Positions 12,298 to 25,496 of a stretch of 64,000 bases of DNA are shown here, one piece after another. Numbering within the stretch: position 1 is the stretch's first letter; each line of letters begins with the position of its first letter. The DNA comes from Eledone cirrhosa (lineage: Eukaryota), in assembly GCA_964016885.1 (NCBI GenBank), contig OZ024745.1:122884001-122948000 (forward strand), written 5' to 3'. Under the pieces are notes generated by a model, which worked only from the letters and a program-made list of their open reading frames with translations, had not been told where the DNA came from and did not search any database. A program made the position numbers and the translations under genes.

Positions 12298-12565
12298 ATT
12301 CACCGAACATTTATTATAATGCTCGGTGTGTTTGTAAACAAACATCCCGAATTAAGCCGTACAGTGTCTAGCAACCATTGTTGCTCATTTGTTCAACCTT
12401 GACAAAGGAACGCTGTACTAGTTTCAAGCTTATTAGCTATTATCAGCAACGTATACCTTCCTGCCAGATGATTGAACGTCTGAAAGTATATACTTTCCTT
12501 ATGCATATTAACGGCTGAGCAGCCTAATTTGCATATCAAGTGAATTAATCGGCCGGGGTATATAA
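12298..12565. promoter_or_regulatory. Candidate intronic cis-regulatory element
   Basis: Apparently non-repetitive, CpG-retaining segment with octamer ATTTGCAT, forkhead TGTTTGTAAACAAACA, RFX-like CTAGCAAC/GTTGCT and Sox-like CATTGTT. Confidence 0.3.
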
Positions 12566-13351
12566 TCTAAATGGTGTAGATATTTTAATTATAAATTCTC
12601 TTTAAATATATAAGACATCTACAAGTATAGCTTAAGTCAGAAAATTGGATCTGTTTTCATTCTGTCTTAGGCAGCATGTGTAGATGTCTCATACATTCTT
12701 ATATAATTTATTCATGTACATATTTGGGGAGTACATCAATGTGTGAAAGTGTGTGTGCATGTGTATTCATCAATGTGTGAAAGTGTGTGTGCATGTGTAT
12801 TCACCATTTCTAGGCAACAATGAAAGAAGATAAAAAGATACAAAATGACCTCCATAAATCCAGTATTGAATGAAAGCTTAACAGTAATAAAAATGCCTGA
12901 GATTATGTTATTTTTGCCTATCTGCTTTTAATAGGAACATTCTGCCCACTTGCTTTCTATATACAAACATTTTGTGTGTGTAGAAAGCAGATGGGGCAAG
13001 TGTTGACAGGGGTTTTAATATAGTAACTTTTATTATTAGCTCACTAGGAAGTTAAGTACAAAACCTCATAAAGTGTCAGTAGATAAATCAACAATACCTG
13101 GAGTGCAGGTACATCAAAGCAAGAATTAGATGAAATTTGATGACTGTCAATCTATATAATTCTGAAATTCAATCCCTAACATAACTGACTTGGTCTTTGA
13201 CTTTACTGGTAATGTAAGAAAGCAGGTGATGTGAAGAAAATGAATTAAATGCAATTATGAAACAAAGGCTAGTTTTGATGTCTGAAGTTTGCTTTCTAAC
13301 TAGATAATTTCATTGTTGTCATCATCATCACTGCTGATGCTATCATGATTG

Positions 13352-13388
<37 letters not shown>

Positions 13389-14166
13389 TATTATTTTATG
13401 TTAGTTCACCATGCTACCTAGGATTGCACAGGTTTTTACAGTCCAAGTCAGTTCTTATTCAGAGTCATTCTCTCTTCTAGAAAAGTCAAGGGACCACACC
13501 TAACATATAAATTTCATTATTAGCATGGTATCTATGACTGGATACTCTTCTTACCATCAGTCACTTTACAGAGTGTACTGGGTGCATTTTATTATATCAC
13601 TAACACTAGAGATTGTTATGTTTTCAATATGACTGAGGAGTGCTCTCTGCTTTTCAATGTCATGGTTTCATCACGAACTTTACAGAGTGTACAGAGTGCA
13701 TTTTATCATAGAGAAGCTGGCTTGCCATCTATAGGTCTTCTCAACACTGTGCTGTCTTCTTTCAAGAGAAACACATGACAAAAATAAAAATAAAAAAGAA
13801 GTCACAAAGATTGGATTAAGAAATAAGTAGTTCTATTCATTTATGTGGTGCTTGTGTGATGATAAAATATACCCAGCCCAATGGTAGTGATGGTTTCAGG
13901 ATGAAAATAACCCAGTTCACTTAGTAAGGTGGTAATGGTGCTGAATGACAAATTGCTCCCAGTCCACCATGTAAGATAATAGTGCTGGAGTCATGATAAA
14001 ATGCTCCCAGTACATGCTGTAAAGTGGTTGGTGTTAGCAAGAGTATCCAGCTGTAGAAGCCAGGTCAAAAATAGAAAACACAAGCAAGATGTGTTCATCT
14101 GACCAGTCTGGCCTTTGTACAAGACAACCTGTTTAACCCATGCAATCATGGAAAATTGACATTAAA

Positions 14167-14386
14167 CCTTTAGCATTTAAACCAGTCATATCCGGCCAGA
14201 ATTCTTTCACCTATTTCTGGTCAAACTAGCTATAACTGGCCTCTCATACCGACTTTAAGGTATTGTTCTCAAGATAAATAATGTCAATATCTCATAGATT
14301 TGATATTATGTGAGATAATTATGTGAGGTAAAGCCTTTACCATGAAAATATAATAGTAAATATGGAGTAATGTGAATGTTAAAGGG
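14167..14386. mobile_element. piggyBac-like MITE (family C)
   Basis: CCTTTAGCATT...AATGTTAAAGGG-TTAA, with the same internal sequence as 22768 and 58590. Confidence 0.75.
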
Positions 14387-14599
14387 TTAAATGTTGATGA
14401 TAATGATGATGACTCATTACTAATAAACAACAAACAACTGAAACCATCATATACCTTACAAATACTATATGTTACAATTTCTGTCACCAAAACCAATCTT
14501 ATAATAATAATGAAATTATTGTGTACAGTGCTCAGGTGCACTACAACTCATCAAAGGTGCATGTAATAGTACATAGAATAATATACAAATGTCAGGAAA

Positions 14600-14930
14600 G
14601 TAAACAGTGTATGGGATCATGATATATGTGTGTGCATGTATATGGAGGAGGGATATCAGGTGTAGTGTTGGCGAATTTCAGGAAGCATGGAGGTTTTGAT
14701 GGATGCAGTGTCTCAGCAGCTAACAACTGATGCAGGTAGTTTGTTCCATGCTTCAGCAACTCTGAGCGTGAAAATATGTTTCTGAAAGTCATGGGAGCTG
14801 TGCTGTTTTCTGTAGGCATGCCCACTGGTTTAAGACACTTGGCATTCAAAAAGGTGCTCAAGGTTGTTGTTGGGAAGATTGTTGATAATTTTGTGGGTCA
14901 GTTGCCAGATGTCGGAGCTTCAATCCTTTT
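14600..14930 (-). mobile_element. CR1-type LINE 3' remnant
   Basis: Minus strand frame gives KHIFTLRVAEAWNKLPASVV, matching the CR1/L2-group terminal FF..RV...WN.LP..VV motif. Confidence 0.65.
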
Positions 14931-15371
14931 ATTCATCAAATTTTCATTTTCCAATATTATCCAGTCTGGAATTTCCAGACATTCTGTCTCTTTTGTGATT
15001 ACTAAAATGGCCTCTACTTCTCTAAACTTATCCTTATCTCATTTATTACTATATTTCTAATGAAAAACATTGTTTATGATTTTTAAATGAGTTTTAAAAC
15101 ATTCAAACATTTGGAGAGATTTAATAATATAACTAACTTTTAAATTATTAAGCTGGTGTTTGGAACATAAAGTTCTTTATATAATATTATCATGGAAGTT
15201 TTTCAGATAAACATAAATACATTAAAATAAATAGCTTAATATTGTATATCCAAAGAGAGTTTCAAGTGATTTAGTATCAAAAGAGGCAATTTGGTTTCAC
15301 TGAATACATTCCCCCTCCTCAATCTCGGAAGCACTTACTTGCTAAACTCTATAATCAACACTTCATTCAAT

Positions 15372-15897
15372 ATCTCTAGAGATATAAGGAAGACCTGACT
15401 TTCCATGGGTACAAGCTGAAGCTGAAGCATGCCCTAACCCCCTCCTACTGTAAAGTGGTCGTGTAGGTGACACAACAAAAAGCACCCAGTCCACACTGTA
15501 AAGTGGCCATCTAGGCACCACGACAAAAAGCACCCAGTCCACACTGTAAAGTGGTCTTGTAGGCGCAATAATAAAAAGCACCCAGTCCACACTGTAAAGT
15601 GGTCGTGTAGGTGGCACAACAAAAAGCACCCAGTCCACACTGTAAAGTGGTCGTGTAGGTGACACAACAAAAAGCACCCAGTCCACACTGTAAAGTGGTC
15701 GTGTAGATGCCACGGTAAAAAGCACCCAGTACTTACTGTAAATGAGGCTGGTGTTAGGCAGGGCATCCAGCAGTAGAAATCAAGCCAAAATCAGTTCTGT
15801 ATGAGCAAGACATGGTCACCTGACCTAACATTACCGGCAACAGGACGACCTGTCTAACCCATGCTAGCATGGAAGAATGGACATAAAATGGTGATGA
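15372..15897 (+). mobile_element. SINE family B carrying a 48-bp internal tandem repeat (6 copies, 15447-15735)
   Basis: Unit ACTGTAAAGTGGTCGTGTAGGTGACACAACAAAAAGCACCCAGTCCAC, period 48, followed by the family B 3' end. Confidence 0.8.
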
Positions 15898-16429
15898 TAT
15901 ACTGCCAATCAAACACTCTTCCTTGCCAAATTTTCTTTTCAATGATCAATGTAAATACATTAAAATGTAAGTACATTTAAAAGGACAGGTAAATAAAATA
16001 ACAGGTGACACATCAACATCTTCGTTGTCTTCAATTTATTCCAAAATCTATCTTCTATTTTGCATTGTCATAGCATTCGAAAACCATACTGCTTTATACA
16101 CTAACACAATGCTTCAAGCTAACTACAACACCTTCTTATCAAAATTTAATCTTCGTGTTATCACAAATATTTGGAAAACAAATCTCACAAAACATTCATC
16201 ATGCTTTCTTTTACCCAGCTTAGAATATCATACATCACATTTCAATGTTATATGCACTGCAAGTACTTCTACTCTGCACAGTATATGTTGAGTAAGTGAT
16301 GGAATATACCACTGACATATATACTCTTAACATAATTCTAGCAGAATCAGTATGGCACAATATGTAACAAGGCTGGATCTTTGAATTGCAGATATTAATC
16401 CATTGGATGAGCTTCAAAACAGTTTAAAC

Positions 16430-18373
16430 CAGTGACTCCCAACGTGGGGAGCACACCCCACAGGGAGGGTTGGGCAATTTGAATATTTAAGGGGGCCATT
16501 TGAAAATGATATTAATGAGAACAAACCTCACATTTTACTTTATTACTTTTACAACAAGGCAACTTTGGTACACATTACTGTCAGAAACTCCTGTCTCACC
16601 TCCTCCACACATGTTACTGTGTATCTGGCACCACCTATATGGTACACAATACTGTCATAAACTCCTGTCTCACCTCCACACATGTTACTGTGTATCTGGC
16701 ACCACCTATATGGTACACATCACTGTCAGAAACTCCTGTCTCACCTCCACACATGTTACTGTGTATCTGGCACCTCCTATATGGTACACATCACTGTCAG
16801 AAACTCCTGTCTCACCTCCTCCACACATGTTACTGTGTATCTGGCACCACCTATATGGTACACAATACTGTCATAAACTCCTGTCTCACCTCCTCCACAC
16901 ATGTTACTGTGTATCTGGCACCACCTATATGGTACACATTACTGTCATAAACTCCTGTCTCACCTCCACCACACATGTTACTGTGTATCTGGCACCACCT
17001 ATATGGTACACATTACTGTCATAAACTCCTGTCTCACCTCCACCACACATGTTACTGTGTATCTGGCACCACCTATATGGTACACATTACTGTCAGAACT
17101 CCTGTCTCACCTCCTCCACATGTTACTGTGTATCTAGCACCACCTATATGGTACACATTACTGTCAGAAACTCCTGTCTCACCTCCTCCACACATGTTAC
17201 TGTGTATCTGGCACCACCTATATGGTACACATTACTGTCAGAAACTCCTGTCTCACCTCCTCCACACATGTTACTGTGTATCTGGCACCACCTATATGGT
17301 ACACATTACTGTCAGAAACTCCTGTCTTACCTCCTCTACCACATGTTATTATGTATCTGGCACCTCCTATATGGTTCACATTACTGTCAGAAACTCCTGT
17401 CTCATCTCCTCTACCACATGTTATTATGTATCTGGCACCTCCTATATGGTACACATTACTGTCAGAAACTCCTGTCTCACCTCTACCACATGTTACTGTG
17501 TATCTGGCACCACCTATATGGTACATATTACTGTCAGAAACTCCTGTCTCACCTCTACCACATGTTACTGTGTATCTGGCACCACCTATATGGTACACAT
17601 TACTGTCAGAAACTCCTGTCTTACCTCCTCTACCACATGTTATTATGTATCTGGCACCACCTATATGGTACACGTTACTGTCAGAACCTCCTGTCTCACC
17701 TCCTCCACACATGTTACTGTGTATCTGGCACCTCCTATATGGTACACATTACTGTCAGAAACTCCTGTCTCACCACCTCCACACATGTTACTGTGTATCT
17801 GGCACCACCTATATGGTACACATTACTGTCAGAAACTCCTGTCTCACCTCCTCTACCACATGTTACTGTGTATCTGGCACCACCTATATGGTACACATTA
17901 CTGTCAGAAACTCCTGTCTCATCTCCTCTACCACATGTTATTATGTATCTGGCACCACCTATATGGTACACATCACTGTCAGAAACTCCTGTCTCACCTC
18001 CACCACATGTTACTGTGTATCTGGCACCACCTATATGGTACACATTACTGTCAGAAACTCCTGTCTCACTTCCTCCACACATGTTACTGTGTATCTGGCA
18101 CCACCTATATGGTACACATCACTGTCAGAACTCCTGTCTCATCTCCTCTACCACATGTTACTGTGTATCTGGCACCACTTATATGGTACACATTACTGTC
18201 AGAAACTCCTGTCTCATCTCCTCTACCACATGTTATTGTGTATCTGGCACCACTTATACATCAATTTGTTTAAACTTTACAGTTGACCATTGCTGTTTTT
18301 ATGTCAAAGAGGGAGATAACAATATTTCAGATATTGAGGTGGGGCTTGGTGTACAAAAGGTTGGGAACCACTG
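16430..18373. mobile_element. hAT-like non-autonomous element enclosing a 74-bp minisatellite
   Basis: TIRs CAGTGACTCCCAAC and GTTGGGAACCACTG; 8-bp flanks GTTTAAAC and ATTTGAAC (6/8 match). Confidence 0.7.
16567..18258. repeat. Minisatellite, 71-75-bp unit, about 23 copies
   Basis: Unit TGGTACACATTACTGTCAGAAACTCCTGTCTCACCTCCTCCACACATGTTACTGTGTATCTGGCACCACCTATA. Confidence 0.97.
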
Positions 18374-19034
18374 ATTTGAACTAAATTTCACATGCAAGGC
18401 TTGGGTTGATTTGGGTTTATTGTATACACATTTGTCCAAGATGAGAGACAGTGAGATCTAACCCAGGACCTCATGATTGTGAAGTGTGCATTCGAGCCAT
18501 GCCTGTGTTAACAAAGTGTATAATAGAAACCTTGTTACTGAATAGTAAGAGTATACCAGGTTATGTTGTGTTGGAGATATTTGTTCATAATAATAACCAA
18601 TGTTATTTGGTTAAAACTAGAAGTTATGCTTTGGCTTCTACTCATAGGTGTAAAAACATATGAAAGTTAAGAGAGAAAAATATTAGATGACATCTAACAG
18701 AGAGAAGGAATAAAATATATGGAGAAGAGAAATGAGAAGCAAGGAGCCATAAGAAAAATGAAGTCAACAGAATAAGGAAGAAGGTGGCAAGTAACGAAAA
18801 GGTGATAAAATAAAGAAAATATATGAATAAAGAAAGGAAAAGAGACAGAGGAATAAAAAGACAAATTTGCATATAAAAAGTAAGTGCAAAAATAAAATCA
18901 CGTAGATTGAGAGTTGAAAACACAGAAAAGCAAAACAGAAGGAAAGTGATAAAATAGGAGATATATAACAGGTGGAGACTGGCTGAAGGAAACATAGGAA
19001 AAGGAAAAAAATGAAAGAAAGTTGTAAAACTAAC

Positions 19035-19144
19035 CTAGCTTGTCGAATGGCTTCAATCCAGGCAATGCAGTCAGCCTCGGTGTCAGCCTTAAGATCATAT
19101 TGACGTTGTCCGGCACTTTGGTGATAGGTGATACTAAAACAAAA
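19035..19144 (-). CDS. RasGRF: Internal coding exon, C-terminal half of a PH domain, RasGRF-like (FCFSITYHQSAGQRQYDLKADTEADCIAWIEAIRQA-S)
   Basis: Polypyrimidine acceptor TTTTATCACTTTTCCAG and donor AG|GTTAGT; 110 bp, phase 0 to phase 2. Contains the PH terminal helix W..AI..A. From memory it resembles the RasGRF PH1 segment (YFTVNF...LRTE...C.EW..AI..AS); the gene identity is inferred, not searched. Confidence 0.75.
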
Positions 19145-19256
19145 CTGGAAAAGTGATAAAAACAGAATTAATAACAACTTAGATAGCATGTTACAAACAG
19201 GACATTTATGCATATGTATTGATATGTATTGATATCAGATATATTGAGACATTCAG

Positions 19257-19330
<74 letters not shown>

Positions 19331-19561
19331 GAGGTTATATTTAATTTGTTGGGATACAACAAGCTTACTTATCATCTTCTTCCAACAGTTTAATTTAAAT
19401 AAACCGTTATCTTTTCAACCTTTCGGACACTCATTTGCATACTCACTCATAACTTTATATTACCCCCAATAAATGTACTATCTCCACTATCCAGGAAGCT
19501 CCAACCGTTGAGGTTGTCTTTTTTCCGGGTATGTCAATATTTATTTATAAAACAAAATCTG

Positions 19562-19628
19562 TATTTTATCTGATGAAAGTGCACCATAATTTGCCTTGGT
19601 TGCCCTTGAAATATGTATAATAAAATAA
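19562..19628 (+). ncRNA. Type I hammerhead ribozyme motif (core intact)
   Basis: UAUUUUAU-CUGAUGA-AAGUGCACCA...UGGUUGCCCUU-GAAA-U AUGU A-UA-AUAAAAUA. Stem I is a perfect 8 bp. Same family as the 11605 motif. Confidence 0.7.
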
Positions 19629-19667
19629 ATATGTTTTTTTATAAATATAGTTTCCATTTATTAATAT

Positions 19668-19738
<71 letters not shown>

Positions 19739-19795
19739 TATATTATATATAGATATTTATATATATGTATTATATATATATATATATAAATACAG

Positions 19796-19826
<31 letters not shown>

Positions 19827-19894
19827 AATACAGTATATTATATATATGTATATTATATAATATATATATATATATATATTATATTATATATATA

Positions 19895-20685
19895 ACTAGC
19901 AGTGGTAGCCGGCTTTGCACGGGATAAGGTATTTTGGAATACGGGCCACCAACAGACCTAATCGTGGAAAAACTGCATGCCGGGACAATATGTAAAAAAA
20001 TAAACCGAATACTCTGATGGCTGGATAATCTTTAAGATTTTCTTCGATGAAGCAGGAAAAATGCTGGTTTTCACCTAATGTGGGCCCTAGGCCATAAAAA
20101 AGTTAGATTTTCTTTGCTCACGGTATGAAGAAGAGACTGACTAATACATAGTTACAATTCCAAGGAAATCAGTCTGCGTAATACCTAAAAAAAAAACCTA
20201 AAATCTTGGAAAAACGCAGTTTTTCACCTAGGGGATCAAAAAGTTGAATTTTATGTGCATAATACTCCATGAAATATAAGTAATACACATGTAAAGTTTC
20301 AAAAAAGTCGGTTGGGTACATCTCAAGTTTTAGGGATTCAAACTCACAGCCCCCCCCCACACACACACACATACAAACATCCACAGGGAAGTAACGTAAG
20401 GCAGACAGCCAGACATACAGACAGATATTATAAGGGCGCGACGTTATATGTATATATCTATCTAAAAAGAAAAAGACGAAGAATTATAAAGAGAGATCGC
20501 TAAATCGCCTAATGCAGTCCCTAGGGCATTGAAAATTTGAAATTGTTTTTGCTCAGAACACTCCCTGAAACATAAGTATTACATGTGTAAAGTTTGAAAA
20601 CAGTAGGTTGGGTGCTTTTCGAGTTTTAGAGATTCAATCTCACACACACACAGACAGAGATCCTCAGTGTTATATATATATAGAT
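19895..20685. mobile_element. Helentron/DINE-like non-autonomous element
   Basis: Starts ACTAGCAGTGGTAGCCGGCTTTGCACGGG, ends TTATATATATATAGAT, and has an internally duplicated ~100-bp block. Confidence 0.55.
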
Positions 20686-20723
20686 TATATATATATATAA
20701 CAAATAGTTATTAAATATCAAAT

Positions 20724-20759
<36 letters not shown>

Positions 20760-20774
20760 TCTTATTTATATATT

Positions 20775-21023
20775 CATCATCATCATCATCATTTTACGTC
20801 CACTTTTCCCTGCTTGCAAGGGTGGGACGGGAACTGATTCTGGCTTGATTTCTACAGCTGGATGCCCTTCCTAACACCAACCTCATTTACAGTGAGTGGT
20901 GGGTGTTTTTTGACCGTGGCACCTCCACGACCACTTTACAGTGGAATGATATGGACCCCAGTCCCTATCATCTCATTTCTACAGCTGAGTAAACTGGAGC
21001 AATGTTAAATAAAGTGTCTTGCT

Positions 21024-21025
<2 letters not shown>
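20775..21025 (-). mobile_element. SINE family B, 5'-truncated, in (TA)n
   Basis: Highly similar to 55312-55591 and to the reverse complement of 27029-27374. Confidence 0.85.
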
Positions 21026-21092
<67 letters not shown>

Positions 21093-21103
21093 TTATATAT
21101 ATA

Positions 21104-21187
<84 letters not shown>

Positions 21188-21317
21188 ATTTATATATTAT
21201 ATCTCTTTTACTCTTTTACCTGTTCCAGCCATCTGGTGACAGTTTTCAAAGTGTTGTCTCCATTTGGCTTCCTGTTTTGTCACACTGAGAAGCCAGATTC
21301 AGGCAAAGCTATATATA

Positions 21318-21440
21318 TAAATTAACTATGGAGATATAAAAGATACAGAAGCGAAAACCAACCAAACAGTGAGTCTGTTCTGTTATTATTTCTGCCAATA
21401 TTATTACAACAATATGACCCTCCCCAAATATTACAATATA
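21318..21440. repeat. (TA)n-associated dispersed repeat family E (also 42020-42145 and 54552-54968)
   Basis: Shared GGAGATATAAAAGATACAGAAGCGAAAACCAA...TATGACCCTCCCCAA abutting (TA)n. Confidence 0.75.
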
Positions 21441-22767
21441 TATATATATCATCATCATCATCATCATTTTACGTCTGCTTTTCCCTGCTTGCAAGGGTGG
21501 GACAGTATATATATATATATATATACACACACATATATATCAGGTCAGCTAGATCAGCTGGTTGGACTGTCATAGTAATATCGCAGATGTCATGGGTTTG
21601 GGCCCAATACTGGCCCTAGACACTACACAATTTATATTATATTTTATGACAATTACTCCTCTTTCAGAAGAAAACAATTAGTGTGATGGTTAAATTTGGT
21701 GTGATGGTGAAAAAAGGAGTCTTAAACTCCCCCCACACACTATGTCATTAAATAAATAGTAAAAATGTAAACTGTTTTGTTTGGTTTTACTTTACTCCTG
21801 TTTTCACTCCTTTATTTCTAACTTGAAACGTACTGATATTCTTAATATAATTTTAGCTACATATTTCACCATGCTTTCTATAAACTATGCTATTTTCTTA
21901 CTAAATTTTATTTTAAAAATATACATCTATAGAACTTTCCATCTTTCTAAAATATGCAAAACAAAAATTAAGTTGATTATTTTGCATCAGATTCTTACAA
22001 AAAATATTGAAACATGGTACAATATTAAAATATGGTATAAACAAAAATAGTTGATTATCTCAATGCTCTTAAAATATGTTGCCAATGCTAAACACCATGT
22101 AAACTATAATTAAGGCAATATTTCAAAATATTTTTGGCAAATATCTAGTATAAAAAATGCTTTTTGTTTGTGCTATTTTCTCTTATGTTTATTTAATAGC
22201 TATACTAGTTCAGATAATGGTATTCCAGTGGCATCTGCTGGAAAAGATCAATGTTTTTTTCTCTTTTTCTGCTTAAACGGATGGTTCAAAACCTATTTAA
22301 AATATGCATATCTGTTAAAGTAATTTGGTTGCTGATGTAAATCTTTAGCTCAGTCTGTCTTGATTAAGCAGACCAATGATCAAATGTGTTTATGCCATGT
22401 TCTTGTTATCTATGTTTAAGATATAATATATTTAGAGCTACATTATCCAAGATACACATGTTTTCTTCTTTATTGTCTACATACTTTATAAAATATTCTG
22501 AAGTTGTACTTGTTTGACTTGGTTCTGGAATTGTGTCAGAAAGTGAAAAAAAATTTGACACCTCGAAAGGAAGAAATGAAAGCTGAATATAAAAGATTTT
22601 GTATGCAGGTGTATGTGTGTGTGAATTTATTTATTTATGTTGAATGGTTAAAAGGATTTAGCCACTATGTAATTGCTTGTATAAAATATTAACAACCAAA
22701 TCATCTGATTCTACAATGCAAAAATGTATATTTTAAAGTGTTTAGTCCAATGATATTGTTCCAATAA

Positions 22768-22969
22768 CCCTTTAGCATTTAAATTGGCCATATTCGTCCA
22801 GAATTCTCTCACTTCTTTCTGTTCAAACCAGCTGTAACTGGCTGCTCATACTCAAAATAAATAATATTAAAATCTCACAGATTCGATATTATGTGAGATA
22901 ATTAAGTGAGGTAAAGCCATTACCATGAAAATATAGTAGTAAATATAGAGTAATGTAAATACTAAAGGG
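22768..22969. mobile_element. piggyBac-like MITE (family C)
   Basis: CCCTTTAGCATT...AATACTAAAGGG-TTAA. Confidence 0.8.
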
Positions 22970-23421
22970 TTAAAACAGAAGAAATTTTAACTATTATAAG
23001 ATAAAATTGTAAAGTTAGACAGAAAAAAATATTTAAATGAAAAAAAAATAAGGAAAGGGAAATAATAAAAATAAAAATAGAATGAAGCAATGAAGGAAAG
23101 AGAGAGAGGGGAGGGAGAGACAAACTCTACATCCCTGTCTGAGTGTTGATTTGGCTATACCCTGAAGACAGAATGATGAAGGTATTGCCATGGAGAATGA
23201 CCAGTGAGACCAGCTGAAATAACTACCCATCCTCTTAGCTGCTTTTCTCAGACAGGTTGCTGTCTTTCTGATTTTGTGGAGGAAACCAAGGAACTTAAGT
23301 TATATTCCGAACACCATCTTAATAATAGGGAAGTTAGTTATATTACTAAATTCCCTCAAAAACTAAAGTAATTTCAAAATTATTATATTATGTATGATCA
23401 ACAGCTGCTGATCATCTAGAC

Positions 23422-23623
23422 CAGGCATGTCAAAGATGCGACCCTTTACAAGCACAACTGCGGACCACACAAAGGTTTTTACAGCGCAAACATGTTTTAT
23501 CTTTGTAATATAAAATAAAAAAATATTAGTTGTAATGTACACAATTAGTTGTCATGTGTGGCCCTCAGACAACACATATGTGACCTATGTGGCCCCCGGG
23601 GGACCCTCAGTTTGACATGCCTG
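23422..23623. mobile_element. hAT (Charlie-like) MITE
   Basis: TIRs CAGGCATGTCAAA and TTTGACATGCCTG; perfect 8-bp TSD ATCTAGAC. Confidence 0.92.
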
Positions 23624-25496
23624 ATCTAGACAGCATAAGTTTGCCATGCACTAGATTACTGCTAGTATATCTTAGAGCAGAGATTCTCAAAGTACTAAAT
23701 TTGTTTCCAACAGTTCATAACTTCAAAGATAGATGGGGTTACTAGTTTATTGACATGATGTTTGTCAATCACTCAGATATGTGTTGTTAATAAATGTTTG
23801 TTAAAAAAAAATAGTCATTTTACTGAACCCCCCCCCCCCCCCCCCCCACACACACACAAAAAAACGGTACAGTAACTGTAGCTGTGTAAAATATATGCGA
23901 CAGTCAACAAGTTGAAACTTCCTCTGCCTCCTCTGCCTACTATTTAAATTAAATTTTCATATCTAAATTAAATTCTTCTGACATCATTTTATATAAGAGG
24001 TTTTTCATTAGTTAGGTTCCAAACATAGGCTTAATAAAGAGAAATTTTACTAAATTCCTCCAAGTTCTTCATTATTTTCAAAATTAATACAAATATAGTT
24101 GGTAAAAGGTTAACAGTAAATGGAATAAATATAATAACATATGATAATTAGTTTAGATATTACTATATTATTTTGTGGTAGTATTAGATACAAAATGTCT
24201 CTTTATAGAATATAATACTATCATGAAATAAAACAAAAGTGAATATAACTGAATATATGTATGTGTGTGTTTGTTTTAAATGGTTAATAAGTCTCTTCCA
24301 CTGTGAAATTGTTTCAGATTCAACACACAATTTCAGATTAAATCACTTGGCAAATAAGTACATCTTCAAAATTTGTAAGTTGTTTTCAAAACCCAAGGAA
24401 TATTAGGAAAATGGTGTTTTGCACAATTCAATACAATTAAGCATGGAATAATAGCCTAAATCCATTGACTATTGTCATGATTGCAAGGATACTATTGCAG
24501 AATGAATTACATTGTGATATTGTAAGGAAATATTTTCAAGAAAAAATAGGTAATTGATCTGACTTCTTTTATATGGCAGTGCCATAGAAAAACTGCAGAC
24601 TATCATTATTTAGAAGATCAAATTCTCTGGAGGGGACTTGATAGAAAATATATGAAAAGTACTATAGATTTTATTTTATTCTAAAAGCTAGACAGGAAGA
24701 GGACATGATGAAAAGAAAGTAATTTAGGTAAAAGAAGGGAAAATAAGAAAATTTAAGAAAAAGTTTTGTCAGAATACTAAGAAAACACCAATATAATAGA
24801 TCAAGTGCTGTACTGGTGACCTAGTTTCATAAAAGTTAAATAACAGAAAAGATTGTGAAAAACTTGAATTTATTTCCGTGTTTTAGAAATACCATGTCAC
24901 TGTCACTATGAAACTTTCCAAATAGTATGAATTACCTGAATGAAGTATTTAGAGAAAACAAACAAATAAACAAACACAGAAAACATACAGATAATTGTTT
25001 GACTGTGTTGGTATATGTTCAAATAATTTGGTTGGTTGAACTGTTAGATCATTGGACAAAGGGCTTAGAGGTATTTATTTCCACTCATTCTATTTTGAGT
25101 TTGAATTCTGCTGAGGTCAATTTTTCTTTTCATCGTTCCAGGTTTGATAAATAAAGTATCAGTTGAGGATGATGGACTGGTGGAATTATTAGAACATTGG
25201 ATAGGGGGCTTTGTGATATTTGTTCTGTATCTGTGTATTCTGAGTTCAAATACCATCATGGTTTATTTGGGTGATAGACTTAATCCATCAACCACCACTG
25301 ACAGGAATGAAACTAGCATCAGAGAGGGAAGAAAGCAAATATTCTAAATGATTTAGAATAAAACCCAGGACATATATATATATATCCAGAGAGTGTAATG
25401 CAAAGTCATTGTAGGTGAGCACTCAATGTTTAGGTTCACGTCAGTATTGAGGTGTAGAGCTAGACAGAGTGTAATCTAATAATACAAATATATATA

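Noticed and set aside
16500-18374. Long overlapping ORFs of 354-441 aa
   Set aside because: They are translations of the 74-bp minisatellite, open in several frames at once, with no domain or splice evidence.
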